This document shows positions 14,320-28,329 of a stretch of DNA of 64,000 bases, piece after piece. The stretch comes from Octopus sinensis (lineage: Eukaryota). Each line of letters begins with the position of its first letter. Positions within the stretch are counted from its first letter, which is position 1. A model generated the notes under the pieces. It did no database searches and was not told the origin of the DNA. It saw nothing but the letters and a program-made list of their open reading frames with translations. The translations under genes were made by a program, and so were the position numbers. The stretch spans positions 70,494,001-70,558,000 of the forward strand of contig NC_043002.1 in assembly GCF_006345805.1 (NCBI RefSeq), written 5' to 3'.

Positions 14320-16060
14320 TTGTTCATAACAACCGTCATTGTATCTCTATTCCCTGACTTTCTTCAGTTCTTTCTCTACTCGTCTTCTAATTTACTCGTC
14401 TAAACTTATTCTTCTCCTTTTCTCTACACTACTCTTACTAATCCACTACACAATTTCTCATTTAAAATTCTATCTCAATATGTTTCACCTCGATCTTAAA
14501 CTTGCCTTAATCCATACAAGCATTTACACCCAGCAGCAGTTATCCTTACTTAGACCCTATCTTCTAGCCACATCTTTAACTGTTGACCCCTTCCCAAAAG
14601 TGTATGTCATGATTTCCACACTACCTCTTACGCTACCTCTATATTCAGCCCTTCCCTTCACAGTCTCTCCAGGCGTCTCATGTGAGCCGACGTCTTCACT
14701 CTAACCCGTTCTATGGTCTGTACCCGACTTCTCTTTTCTTCCACCCACTCCCTACTGTTTGCACAAACCTTCAAGAATTTTATCCAGTAGCTCAGGTAAC
14801 GTCCATTTCAATCCCTCATACAGACCAAGGAATACAAACTACACTCACTCATTCATACCTTCTCGAACACCACGCTCCTGTTCATATCCCTTTCAATCCC
14901 TGTGCATTCACACATCTTGCTCTTTCTTAAATTTTCACTCCCTATTATTTGACCTACTTCCTGAAGATGAACGATCCCTTCTCTCTTGAGGCTTCCGCTT
15001 CATATCTCTCACATCTAAGTATGGTATATCTTGGTTAGCAGAAGCATGAGATATAAACAAGCTAACTGCAATAATATGGAAATAATTCAACGCATGACGA
15101 ATAAATGCTAAACAATACAGCAAATGCAGGCTAAATTGAATTGTTTAAACTAACAGAATGCGGATTAAGGAAAAATATTTCTATAGTATACATTGAGCTT
15201 CTTTTCAAGTGGCGTTCAAACCCGCAGTGAAATCGAACAAATTCTACCATGAGATAAACCTTTTACCATGATACTTCCCTTAAGTCTCATACATTTCCAA
15301 ATAACTTGAATAGGATCTTCAACCCTTAGTTATCGCTTTTCCCTCGAACGGTCAGGATAATAACTACAATCTCACCTCTTCCAACTCCTTCTTCTTTTCA
15401 CCAAGCTCCCGATATACACCTATGCACAATCATGCCACATGATAATTGTCGTCTTGCACTCAAGTACTTCTTAGACCGTCGCAATATTCTTGAATCCAGT
15501 AACTCTAATCTCCTAAAGTTTGTCCTTACTTAATTGTTTTTTCAACGGCAAATTTTACCAGCACGTCACTGGCATAGTTATTACACGTAGGATAGGATCT
15601 AGCTATGCTAAACGTTTTGCTGGTAACGTCTAGCCTCAAGTCATTCCACAGTTCATTAGTCCCCTTCTTGAAGTATGTAATAGGCATATATTTTTCTTCC
15701 TCTCACGCCTATACTATATTCACCATCGTCGTCAACACCGTCTTCATAATTAACCAATGATGGCATTTCCTTCATCTCCTCCTTCCCTGTGAATTGCTTT
15801 GGCATAAGTGTCACAGTTGGTCACCCAACCGCAGCCTCTCCAAATCTGATTTCTATAAACCGCTTGAATCCTACTCTTACTGCGAGTTTGCCTCTTCCTG
15901 CATAAGACATGCCAAACCTTCTCTCTCCACTCAGAATTCCGGCTCACTTGATAATGTTTTTATAATGAATTTGGAACCCAGTTTCATCAGAGGGACCTCC
16001 ATACTTACCCCCAGATAATGATACCCATCTCCAGGTTCGTAACGCCGAGTATATCACAGC
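14320..16060 (-). mobile_element. Heavily decayed non-LTR retrotransposon ORF2 remnant(s), possibly RTE-like
   Basis: Purine-rich minus strand with short RT-like peptides (YHYLGVSM near 15990, LWNDLRL near 15640); no open frame. Confidence 0.3.
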
Positions 16061-18584
16061 TTTTGCAGGAGATGGGATCATCATTTAGAGCATGGGTATG
16101 AGTAATGAGAATTATTTATCGAGTAACGACGAATGAAGGCAAACTCAACCAAAAATGCTGGAGTGTATTTATTAAAAAAAATTCACTAAAAGGTGAAGTG
16201 AGGTAATTTGGACAGCACTCTACCGGTCCGAGAATCAATCTCATTCACGAATTTCAACAGCAATAAGAAGAACAATAATAAAAATTGACTTTCATTTAGG
16301 CACTCGGGAGAGTGTGCTAGTCGAAACCATCAAAACCGGTATTGGCATGGTACTCTATTTTATCGAACGCGGAAGGATGAATGACTAAATTCAATTCAGA
16401 GCTATTTGAAGAACGCAAACAGTGCGAATAAGCACCGCAAAAAATCTTTTTATTTAATCTCTAACGATTATGGCAATCTTTCATCTTTTATAGTAATACT
16501 GTTCTAATGTTGGCACAAGGCTAGCAGCAGGTGAGGGAGGGGTTTGTAGGGAAGGTGTTCGGAGTGTAAGTGTCCGAGGGAAGTTGATAACATCAACTGC
16601 AAGTTTGACTAGGACTTAATTTTATGAACCGCGGAAAGATGAAATGCAAAGTTGAACTCGGTGGTATTTGAATTCAAGAATTCAAAGAGCCGTAAGATAT
16701 GCTGCTGAGTTATTTGCTGATGTGCTAATGATTCTTTCAGCTAAAAGAAAGTAAGTAAAATATATCAGCATAAGAAGAGAACCACAAGAGTCAAGTTAAG
16801 TTGAAATGGTATTTGCTGCCTGTAAAAGACCAACGTCTTTCCACTAGAAATTAATAATGGCATGCATTGAAGTGAAATACATGAAATATCAGAAGAATAT
16901 GACGAGGCTGTGAGGAATGAATCAACTTGATTTATCCTGTGAAACAGAGAACATATACGTGTAAAATGGTTAGAAATGAAAATTTCATGCACTAAAAATT
17001 ATGAAGAAATCTTCAAGCCCTAGTTAACGAGAAATGATATACCAGCAAAATCTCAATGTGGCCATATTATCACATTTGCCAATCTACAGGTACAGAGAGA
17101 TGGGGAAACCGGATATTGTTCTGAGGATTTCAAGAAAAGAAATACCTTGTAAACAGGGTACCAGTCTCAACAAACAAAAGAGGACCGTATTCGAGGGTGT
17201 ATAAGAAACTAATTTTTTCCAAAAAGTTGTTTCAAAATGTCACCTTGGATCCTCTATGCGGAGTTATACCTTCTACCATTTAATTGTATTCATGATACTC
17301 ACGTTTTCTTTAATATGTGCCGTTGAGACTGGGGTATGTCTAATATGCTAGGCTGTTTTTTTTTTCATACCATCAATTACAGTATATTCAAGATCAGTTA
17401 TGAATTTATAAAAATCAGGAATTAGAAATAACAGAATGATGGAAGTGAAAGCATTTAAATGTCCTCAAAATGGGTGGCGCTATGGGAATAGTTAAAATGT
17501 ATAAAAATGTATAAGATTGAAAACTGAAATCACAAGACTTATAAACATATAACAATACTTCCCTGGATTGTTCATATATTTCGTATAATAATTTCAATGA
17601 AATATATTTCTCAAATGATAAACATTTGCAGGTTTCCAAGTCACAGGTATATAAGTATAGACTTATACTGAAAACATACAATAAAAACATGCAATATTTT
17701 TGTAAACCTGCAATATTTCTACCGAAATAATATTAAATTTAACCGTTATCCATAGTTGCTGAGATATTCCTATCAAATGGCAGAAAATGAACTCCAGCCG
17801 TGTTCTTCCATATTTCTACGACACTAACACCGTAATCCGATAAACATGTCTGAAATACCGAAGTACGTTCAGTAATAAATAACGAAACGACAACTCATAT
17901 AGAATTACATTAACAAATTCGTTGAAAGACGATAATCTAACTTGCATGTTCGTTCTCACTCTTTCTTTTCATTGCCTCTTCCATCATCATCGCTTGTTCC
18001 AGCTGTTCTTATCTCTGGAGCTTTCTTCATTTTCTCAATCAGTCACTTTGCATGACACTTTCCTTTCGTTTCTTTTCATTCCTTTCTATTTTCACATCAT
18101 TACTTGTATTTTATCTCAACCATACATTTAAAAAAAATTTTTTTTTTTACTTAGCATTTTTCACTAGCCGAAAGTTTCTGCAACAATATTTTCAACATCT
18201 CCCAGCATCATATTTCTTCTTTTCCCTCTCACATAATCTATCTTCTCCATTTGGAAGCATTGCAGTCCATGTATATTAATTACTTTGGACACTTGGGAAA
18301 GGCTGAATATACAACTGTTGTTCTTTTTTTCTTCATAACAATTTTATAATAATAAACTTAATAATAATAATAATAATAACAAAATGATAACAATAATAAT
18401 AATAATAATAACAAAATAATAAAAATAATAATAATAACAATAATAATAACAATAATAATAATAACAATAATAACAATAACAACAATAAAAAAAATAATAA
18501 TAATAATCAAAATAATAATAATAATAATCAAAATAATAATAATAAATATAATAATGCTAACGATAAGATTAATGAATAGAAAGA

Positions 18585-19345
18585 TTTGTGAACTGGAAAA
18601 CTTAGAAAAACAAGAAAACTATTAACAGCTTATCTAAGTCACCGCCCCAAAGCAGACACAGACGGAATATATATTTACCCTACTCAGAGGGAGGTCGCCG
18701 TCTGACAGAGATAGAGGACTTGTGTAAAATAAAAGCAGTTGAGCTTGAAAAATACATATAAAAAAACCTGGACGACTACTACATGTAATAAAACGAGACG
18801 CAAAAGAAAAAATAAAAAGGAGGTGACAAAATACAATGTTGAAACAAACTACGCTGAAATGCTGATCTCAAATGACAACGCAGCAGAGACAAAAACATGA
18901 AAACAGAATAACAAAACACACTAAAGATGAAATGAAGAGAAAAAAATCACCCCATGACCAATACTCTGCAAGGTTTGACAGAGAAGTGAGCCGAAGTAAT
19001 CCGAATATTTATACAGATATGACTGTATAAGGAGTTATGTCCACAGGTCAATATGCCAAAACTACAACATGAAAACTAACAAGTAGATAACTACGACCAT
19101 GTTCAAACTGGCAAAGAAATCAAAGCTAATCGCTCTGGTATAATAATCAAGGATTCGTAAGAAAAAATACACCTGCTTACTGATCCACATTGCTGTCCCT
19201 TCTGACCAAAATATTGCCCAAAGAGAAGTAGAGAAATTGTCAATGTGCAAAGATCTCGAATTTGAAGTATTCAAGATGAGGGGCATGAAGGTGAAATCAA
19301 TACCAGTAGTAATTGGAGCCTTGTGTATGATAAAATAAAACGTAT
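18585..19345 (+). mobile_element. R4/Dong-clade LINE 3' fragment (end of RT region plus restriction-like endonuclease)
   Basis: Disrupted frames give PKADTDGIYL...GGR and TCLLIHIAVPSDQNIAQREVEKLSMCKDLEFEVFKMRGMKVKSIPVVIGAL, typical of the REL PD-(D/E)xK C-terminus. Confidence 0.75.
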
Positions 19346-19449
19346 GAACGAGTTCGCCCACATAAAATATCTGACTGATCAAGCTGTCAGTATTTTTTAT
19401 CTAAATCCGATCTGTTTTAACGCATTAGTTATCGATATTAACGCCACTT

Positions 19450-20400
19450 GAAAAGAAGCTGAATGTATACTATAGGAATATTTTTCCTTAACCCGCATGC
19501 TGTCAGCTTAAACAATTCAATTTAACCTGCATCTGCAGCATTGTTTAGCATTTATTCATCATGTGTTTAATTATTTCCATATTATTGCAGTTAGCTTGTT
19601 TATATCTCATGTTTCTGCTAACCAAGATATACCATACTTAGACTCTTCGTTCGACTGCTATAGTTATGGGTAGAGTTTTGTTCAGAAGTAGATGATCTTT
19701 TCCTCCAAACGGATCTTTGTAGCATTTATTTTGGTTTCTGGCTTCATTTTTGTTTTTACATGTGTTTATTATCTGTAATATTGATGTTATGAAGCCTTAG
19801 ACTGCAAAACATCAGGTTATGTTTGGTTGGGCCTTCGCTATCAACTCTCTTCTCCCAGATTTCTAATCTTCATTCTGTTAGCCCTGCATTGATTTCAATT
19901 CTACTTTGAACTGATCTGGAACTGTTTATTTAGTTCAAAGACTCACTGATATTTTTCTATGCAAGCGGTACTTTTGCGATTTATCGAAAAATCACCTGTT
20001 TCAGGCATTCCCGATTTCGGATACTTCTAATTTTTGTTATATTATATTTGTAATATTTGTATCTGCATATTTATTTCTGTTTGTGTCGTTCTGTTGTTGA
20101 TTTCATAGAATGATGAGAACTTTTTTCACATTTTTAAACTGTTCCATATGCTTGTTCCTCATGCTGTTTACATTGCAGTTAATATGAGTAGATCTAAAGG
20201 AATACCGACATTTCGTTGTAATCAAAATAGCTGCTGCTAAAAACTTGACGATATTCAAATTCATTCATTGTTTTCATTAGGTCGTTGGTTGCCAGGTTTA
20301 CAATTCTTTACTGTTTTGCTATGATACGCTTGAGTTTTATCGTAAATACATTCCTTAATGTCAGTTGGAAGATATTTTATTGTTTAATTCTTCAATTGTC
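19450..20400 (-). mobile_element. Possible decayed LINE ORF fragment (region upstream of RT, R4-like)
   Basis: A-rich minus strand with NKQF-like and coding-like composition next to (AAT)n; motifs are weak. Confidence 0.3.
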
Positions 20401-20483
20401 ATATTCTACTTTACTTACAATCGCATTTGTGTTCCATTGATTCTATTTTTGTGGGTGGCCAATCTTCAGATGTTTCCGAAGAC

Positions 20484-20514
<31 letters not shown>

Positions 20515-21419
20515 TATATTATTATTATTATATGTTCATAATAAAACACGCCATCGAAAGAGTTTCCGCTTGGGAGAAGTTTTTTCTAATTAAAATATCT
20601 ATTCAATTCATTGAAAGAAACTTCACTCCGAACATTGCTTATATGCGTGCATATATTTGCGATATGTGGCGATTTGAAAATGGCCACCTTATTGGCTATG
20701 GGATGTATACGATCACAGTGGTGGTCGGAGACTTAATGGTGAAAAAGTTTTAACTCCTTCACAGTGGATGTTAGGATAGATTACATGAGTGTTAAACCAT
20801 AAATAAACACTCTACAAGATGGACTCTATCGTAAGTTTGTTATTGGATGGATGAAGCAAATAATGAATCGTGTATGAGACTGGTATACTCAGCTAAAACC
20901 CTTCCTCCGATATTGTGATTTTGCTCCAACTTTAAGAATTTCTAATATTTATAACTTTAACAATAGGCTTTCTATACGATAGCTTGGCTTCTTCAAACAG
21001 CAGATGAGAAGGAAATTCTGAATATTAATTTAACGCGATCATTATAACCAGAAAGGAGACGAAAATGAAATGGCTAGAAGAAATACCTATCCAGGGTCAA
21101 TATGGACTCAACCGTGCTCCATATGGTTCTTAAGTGTTTATATCAAATTTTGTTATTAAATTTATTTGCAATAAATTGGTTGTACTTTACAATACACATT
21201 TCATTCTAGTATATAATTATAAGAATATAAAATGATTGTGAAACATTGAATGGCTATGGAAATCCATTAGAGTAAAAAGAGATGAAAGAGGTTCATTGGT
21301 TAAAAATAGTGAGAAAAATGTCTTACATCATGATTTTGCTAGATCAGAGAATATTAGGGCCGAATCAGCAAGCCACAGAGTAGTCCAAGATTAATCCAAA
21401 GCGTTAACGCATTGGACAA

Positions 21420-21580
21420 AATAGCTCGCAGTATTTAGTTTTAGAGCTTAATATTTTGAGTTCAAATACCGCCAAGGCCAACTTTGCTTTCTCCTCTTCC
21501 GGGGTTAATAAAATAATTTACAAGTTAAAGTACAGCCATCGATTACACCGTCTCATGAAATCTACAGCCTTGAGCAAATG
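21420..21580 (+). mobile_element. SINE family B, degenerate
   Basis: GAGTTCAAATACCGCCAAGGCCAACTTTGCTTT...CCGGGGTT, as in the 13278 copy. Confidence 0.7.
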
Positions 21581-23937
21581 TTAGGAAGAACCATGACGTT
21601 GAATTGTTTGACCGAATAGTTGAGACATTTGCCTCGCAATCAGAAACTATTGGGTTCGATTCCGCAGTGTGGCATCTTAAACAGATGCTTTTTATCTTCC
21701 TTGAATCGCCCCACCCTTGTTATTGAAACTGGAATGATAGAAACTGTGGATGGATGGTATTTATAATCTAAATATACAATTTTGTTACACTGCATCACGC
21801 TTTCTGTCTTACAGTAACACTAAGGATACAAATGTCTGCGGAATACTCAGCTTCTTACTCACTAATTCAATGAATGCTGAATAATCATCTTCGAAACCAA
21901 TGGAGAGCCAAGCCAATAAACTATAATTAAACAATATCCTTTAATTTCGATATGTTCTTATTCGACTTCAACATAAAATGAAATTATTGGGAACATTAGA
22001 AAACTTTATGATGCCTAAAAGCTGTATCTTTGTACAGCAAATTTTATAGTGAGTTATTTTCAATTTTCTGGGTCAGCTGATATTTATTCTGTTGCAGTTG
22101 TTAAATAGCTCTTTACCTTTGCAAGGCTACAAAAAACAGAACTAATTATCTTAATGGAATTTACCATTTATTCTTTATCAGCTCCCCACTACACTGCTGA
22201 TAGTATTTCTAAAGACAAAATACATAAAAGTAAAAAGAAAATATACAACGAACCAACATGTAGCCAGCCGTCAAGCCAGCCAACCAAGCGTTCATTATTA
22301 AAATATAACGTTTCCCAATTTTCTCATTCAAAAACGACATATTTGAACACTTTTATTTCTATTTTGAATTTCTATTCTAACATGTATATTTATTAATTCT
22401 TAACGTGCTAAAATAAAACTCATTATTAAACAAATTTATTGCTGGTTATTTATATATGCCAATTTATATTCTCGGTGAAACTGGCAATAAAACATAAAAC
22501 ATTATATGTTATGATTTACAGTGTCGCATTTAGTGATTCCCATTTGTGAATCCAAAAGTAGTCAGCCTTCAGTTTAACTTTCTGCACGAAATACTTTTCT
22601 GTTTATATTTCGTTGCCAATAAAATAAATTCAAAGCTGACAATTGTAAAATTTGAAAAGTTCCAAAATGTAAATGTTTTCTCTCACGAAACATTAACAGT
22701 GTGTATAGAACCCAGCAATACACTTTCCTTAAATAATATTGCTCTACATTTCCTTCCTGGTTAGTTTTCAGATTATAAGGCGTATATTACAAATGTTTAT
22801 TCCTCTTCAGCACTTCTCTCTCGTCAGGTTTCTTCTCCTCAAGTAAGCAAGTTTACTTGGATGCAAGCATGAATATTTAGCAAAGAGATTTGCTCAGTAG
22901 CAAGGCGATTACGTGTTTGACCCTCTTATGCGGTAACTTGATGAAATGGATTTTAGTTACGGATTGACGCAAAACCTTACGAATGAAATGTTGGTAGGCA
23001 AAAGTTAGAGGGAGCCCATCGAAGTATTGTCCCCTATTTTATGGCAGTGAACATAATCCTCCAAATGACTTAACACTACCATTTGTGTCTTTGCTTGATT
23101 GAATGAACTCAACTCAGTTTCAAACATTTGTTGACAAGATATTTGTAGATATTTTTCCCTTCCCACACCCCGCTAAATGTCTATGACACCCAGAGAAATT
23201 TATCAGGTATAGTTCTCTACTTCCATTTATGTCGTCTTAAGCTAAAAACAAAAGTATAATCGCAATATGCTCATCGATATGACTATTACATAACATTTAG
23301 GTAAATCGAGATATTACAAATCATGAAAGATGTCTACGCAATAGTCTAGGTGACTGCTTAAAACTGGCCCCTATCCCACAGTCTGAACCGTTTAACTTTT
23401 TATAAGGAAGTCCTAAATGCACAGGAGTTGTTTCTGTCTATTATTCTCTGTATTTACCTCTCTTATGATCTGTATTGGGAGGCCAACTAACCAAGGTTGA
23501 TGTTTGGTGACAATTATAAAATTCGTATATGAATGCTGTGCGGAGGTAGCGCATGTTTCATGACTCAGATTTCAAAAACAGAAAGATACCTCCAACGTTG
23601 CTGTAGGACGTGTACCTCAGAACACATTGCGGCATATAAAAGGATCTAGATATCCTCCTGCATCTATATGATGCTTCTAGCTATTATGGACTCACAGCCA
23701 CGAGTCCACAATATAAAGATCGGCGATTAACGTTGTTAACCGTGCTAAAATACTTAAGTTCAGCAAAAGGCAAGGCACGAACTTCTTCAAAGCACAAATA
23801 GACGGCTGATATTTCGTTACGGAAGTCCAGGATTAAAAGAGCCATTTATGTATTTTACTTAAGGGTAAATTATCTTGATGGAGAAATTTGTTGTGGCATT
23901 CGTAATAAGATAATATGGACATGCAGTGTTTATAAAA

Positions 23938-23990
<53 letters not shown>

Positions 23991-24559
23991 TGTATGTGTG
24001 TGTGTGTGTACGTGTGTTTTATTTGCGGCAGACGGAAATCTCTCTAGAGGCAGATGATCGTCAGAATGCTATATGAATTTCTGCTTCATTTCGCCTCTCA
24101 GTTTTTTTTCAATCGAGCAATCGACCGATTGGGTAAACGGAACTATGAACGCACATAAAATGCATATAAGAAACAGCTAAATATCGCTAAGTGATTTGTC
24201 CGGTATTTTAACCATTCTGCCACCTCGGGTAAAGGAAAGACACCCATAAGCACAAGGCACACTCTATGTAGCAAATATCCAATTAAGTAAACAACAATAA
24301 CAGTCGAGAAACACAATAGAAGAGCGCAACTTGCATTACATGCACACACAATACAACTATTGATAAAACAAAAAATTGCAACCAAACCCCATAACACAAC
24401 AAACTGACACAATATTATACTGGGAAGAGTTTGCACTCTCCAAACACGAAAAAGAACATACAATGCTGCACACCCTCCAGAAAAATGAGAGTCATGCCGT
24501 AGAAACCTGTCTGAAACTACCAAATGTCGAATAATAATAATGATAATAATAACAATAAA

Positions 24560-25270
24560 CGAAACAGTCTCACATGTGAAATGAAACAATCCCATATTAT
24601 GAAACGAAAAAAAATCTCACATATTGTGAGTGAGTGTAGCGATCTGGCCCAAAACCACTACGAAAGGAGACACGATAACGTGGCTAAGTTCGTCCACTGG
24701 AGGCTACATGTAAAGTACAGCCTGGACAGAGTACGAAAATGGTACGAACATGAACCAGAAGGAGTTACCGAGAACAAGGAGAATTAGATACTGTGGGATT
24801 TTACAAACTTGTGCGACTCTCAAATCGAGGCTCGGTGAACAGATATTGTTGTGGTAGATAAAAGGCAAGACGAAACCAAGATTATAGATATTGCAATACC
24901 TTGGCATACACGCGTAAGTGACAAAGAACTAAAAAAAGATTGAAAAATACACACTACAAAAATACGAATTGTAAAAAGGTGGACTATGAGGAGAGTGTCT
25001 GTCATTCCGGTAATTGTAGGGGTACTCGGATCACTAACACCAATCCGGGAAATGTGTCAGAAAAATCGGAAGTGACATAAGAGCAGAGCAAGCCCCACCA
25101 ATTTGCTCTGCTGGGCCAGCTAAGATATTGAGATTGGTACTTGCATGTCTCCCACGATAATTAACAATCAATAACGTGCAGAATCAGCCTTGTGAAATTT
25201 CTGATAGCAGGCTGCTGTCCGCTCTCAAAGAATCTACAAGAACAAACAAGACCGAGCATTCTGAGAAGTA
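24560..25270 (+). mobile_element. R4/Dong-clade LINE 3' fragment (zinc-binding region plus REL endonuclease), pseudogenised
   Basis: ISHIVSECSDLAQNHYERRHDNVAKFVHW...KWYEHEPEGVTEN..ILWDF...IEAR*TDIVVVDK...KIIDIAIP...KEL..IEKY...VSVIPVIVGVLG, with stops and frameshifts. Confidence 0.85.
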
Positions 25271-25499
25271 AAGCAATAATAATGGTAATATCTACTATAG
25301 GCACAAGGGCTGAATTTTAAAGGGAGGGGCTTATAACGTCGACCTAAATAATTGACTGGCACTTAATTTGCTCCACCCACCACCACCACCACCACTGAGA
25401 GGTTATAAAGCTAAATCCTTCAACTTAAAGTTGCTGGCCCGATACCAAAATGTGAAACAAGAATACAGAAACTGACAAATTTGTATGAGTATGTATTCA

Positions 25500-25530
<31 letters not shown>

Positions 25531-26099
25531 ACAAACACACACACACAATAAGAGATAATGCAAATATCTTTACAGTAACTATTTGCTCTTGAATTGATTG
25601 TCACTTGTCACATGACAGCAATTGATAAAATGGCTGTAACGAAGTGATGTTAATTCAATCAATTATACTCCATACAATGTTTAATGAAGTCAAACCATTA
25701 TTAGTCTAAAGTTATTGGCAAAAATATTAAACTTTATCATGTCATACAGGCATCATATGTCAAAGTAAAACCTACGATTCTGTCCTGGTGAATGTTTTCA
25801 AACCCACGAACTCCATAGTATGTTTACGTTTTTCTAATAACGAAATCACTATTGACAAAGAGTGGGCCGTTGCAGAACTAATTGCCAATCATTTTCAGGT
25901 TGTCTTTTACCAAACAGTTTTCTGCTTCAAAAGTGATATAAATTTTTTTTTCATTTCAGTTACACATACAGCCATATCTACAAACACTCAAACACACATA
26001 CATAGATATACAATTCATATGCATACAAATATATATAAATATATGTGTATTTGTGCGTACGGTATATACATACATACATAAATACATACATATATACAT

Positions 26100-26400
26100 A
26101 CATAGTAGCACTTCTTCGGTTGCGATGACGAGGGTCCCAGCTGATACGATCAACGGAACAGCTTGCTCGTGAAATTACCGTGCAAGTTGCTGAGCACTCC
26201 GCAGACACGTGTACCCTTATCGTAGTTCTTGGGGAGATTCTGCGTGACACAGGGTGTGACAAGGCTGACCCTTTGAAATACAGGTACTACTCATTTTTGC
26301 CAGCTGAGTGGACTGGAGCAACGTGAAATAAAGTGTCTTGATCAAAGACACAACCCGCCGCCGGGAATTGAACTCACGAGCCGAATACCCCGAAGCACTA
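26100..26400 (-). mobile_element. SINE-type interspersed repeat
   Basis: GGGAATTGAACTC (B-box reverse complement); body shares segments with 47205-47510 (GTGTGACAAGGCT..CCCTTTGAAATACAGGTAC). Confidence 0.75.
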
Positions 26401-26475
26401 AGCCACGCACCTTCACATACATACATATACACACACAATTATATATGTATGTATGTATCTCTCTCTTTCTCTCTG

Positions 26476-26544
<69 letters not shown>

Positions 26545-26546
<2 letters not shown>

Positions 26547-26850
26547 TCGTGATCCCCGTGACCGACCAGGCTGTCAGATGTTGCCACACATCGCTGGTCA
26601 CAATGCGAAGCGCATTGTTTTAACCTTCAAGTGACGCCATCCCGCTGACTAAGCGGGCAGGCCAACAGAAGAAAGAGTGAGAAAAAGTTGTGGCAAAAGA
26701 GTACAGCAGGGCCCCCCCCCCCTGTCGGAGCCTCGTGGAGCTTTTAGGTGTTTTCGCAAAATAAACACTCATAACGCCTGGTCTGGGATTCGAAACCGCG
26801 TTCCTACGACCGTGAGTCCGCTGCCCTAACCACTTGGCATTGCGCTTCTA
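26545..26850 (-). mobile_element. tRNA-derived SINE family C
   Basis: Minus-strand head GCGCAATGCCAAGTGGTTAGGGCAGCGGACTC...GGTTTCGAATCCC (A and B boxes). Confidence 0.8.
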
Positions 26851-27319
26851 CATATGTATATATATGCACAAAGAAATACGTGCATATTTGTTCGTCTCCT
26901 CCATTGAGACAGCAAAAGGAATATTGGATCCAATATAACATCAAAACAGCTAAAAGAAGAAAATAAATGGAAATTGGTCTCCAGACAGACAGTGCCACTA
27001 ACATGACAAGGGTTAGTGGCTGTGTTGCTGAAAGTAGTAAACAAATCATAGATACCTACATATCGTTCGCTTAATCACACTCACACACAGATACAGACAG
27101 ACTGACAGTCATACACATACATATTTGCTGGAAGTCAACTCGTGAGTGAATAAGACTATCCTAAACTCAGTAAGTGTGTCTGTCTATCTATCAATCTATC
27201 TATCTATCTATCTATCTCTTTATTCTATACATACATACATACATACATACATATACACATACATACATACATATCTATATAACAGATATATGAATATATA
27301 TATACATATATATATATGA

Positions 27320-27500
27320 TAGATCACTAGCCACTACACATTCTTTATTTTCTCACCTTGTTTCCTTCTGTGTTCCTTTCTGTGGAAAAGCGTAGGCTCG
27401 AAATGTTAAAGACTTTTTCACTTCCCGAGCGTTATACTAATACATCTGTTTGTTGTCTGCACCACCTGTCTTCGTCTTTTGTTATTTTTGAATTCTCCCT
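27320..27500 (+). mobile_element. Penelope-like pseudo-LTR fragment with a degenerate hammerhead motif
   Basis: Homologous to 48334-48542; CTTTCTGTGGAAAAGCGTAGGCTCGAAATGTTAAAGAC at 27375-27412. Confidence 0.5.
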
Positions 27501-28022
27501 ATATATATATACGTAGTATGTATGTAGATAGGTAGGTAGGTAGTATGTAGGTAGGTAGGTAGGTATAGCCAACATATGCTTTTCGTATTTAAAAGTACAG
27601 ATTCATTAATATTCAACCGACTGTAACCAACCCATCATTAACTCACGAGTTCTGTGATGTATCTATTAGTTTATTCCCAAAACTCACCCGATAGGCAATA
27701 ACGTTTGACTAGTGCTAAATTATATTGCAGAAGTCGATTACTTAGGTCAATATGTTAAATCGCCAACTGAATCAATACTACCAGTCAATAAGCAGGAACT
27801 GGTAAACCCTTTCATTATGCATTTTGGTTTTAACTTTACATAGATTGTAAAATAATAGAAATACTAAATAGATAGTATGTTTTCGTCTGATTTTTGCATT
27901 TGAACATCAACTTACACATTTCTGACAAAACGATCGAATAATTCGTCTTATAGAATATATTCTTCATAGAAAGCTGGTAAGTTTATGTGACGAGTTTTCC
28001 TGTTCCTTTATCTTCACTCCCT

Positions 28023-28078
<56 letters not shown>

Positions 28079-28329
28079 CTATGTGTGTAAAGAGAATTAA
28101 GATTATGTTGCCATATAGGCGTATAGTTATATAGCATCCGGAAGGGAGACCAGCTGCTGCTGCTGCTGCAACTACCACTATTTATCTTCGTCAACATCAT
28201 CATCTACTTTTTCTTCATTCATCAATATGGATTGGAACTTAAATAGATACGTCAGAAAACACAATTTAAAATTGTTTTTTAGCAGTAAATTTTAAAGATA
28301 GGTATTTCAAAATATTGACAATGTTCGTT

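Noticed and set aside
23550-23645. AP-1-like TGACTCA followed by a TATA-like CATATAAAAGG
   Set aside because: Short motifs expected by chance in AT-rich DNA, with no downstream gene evident.
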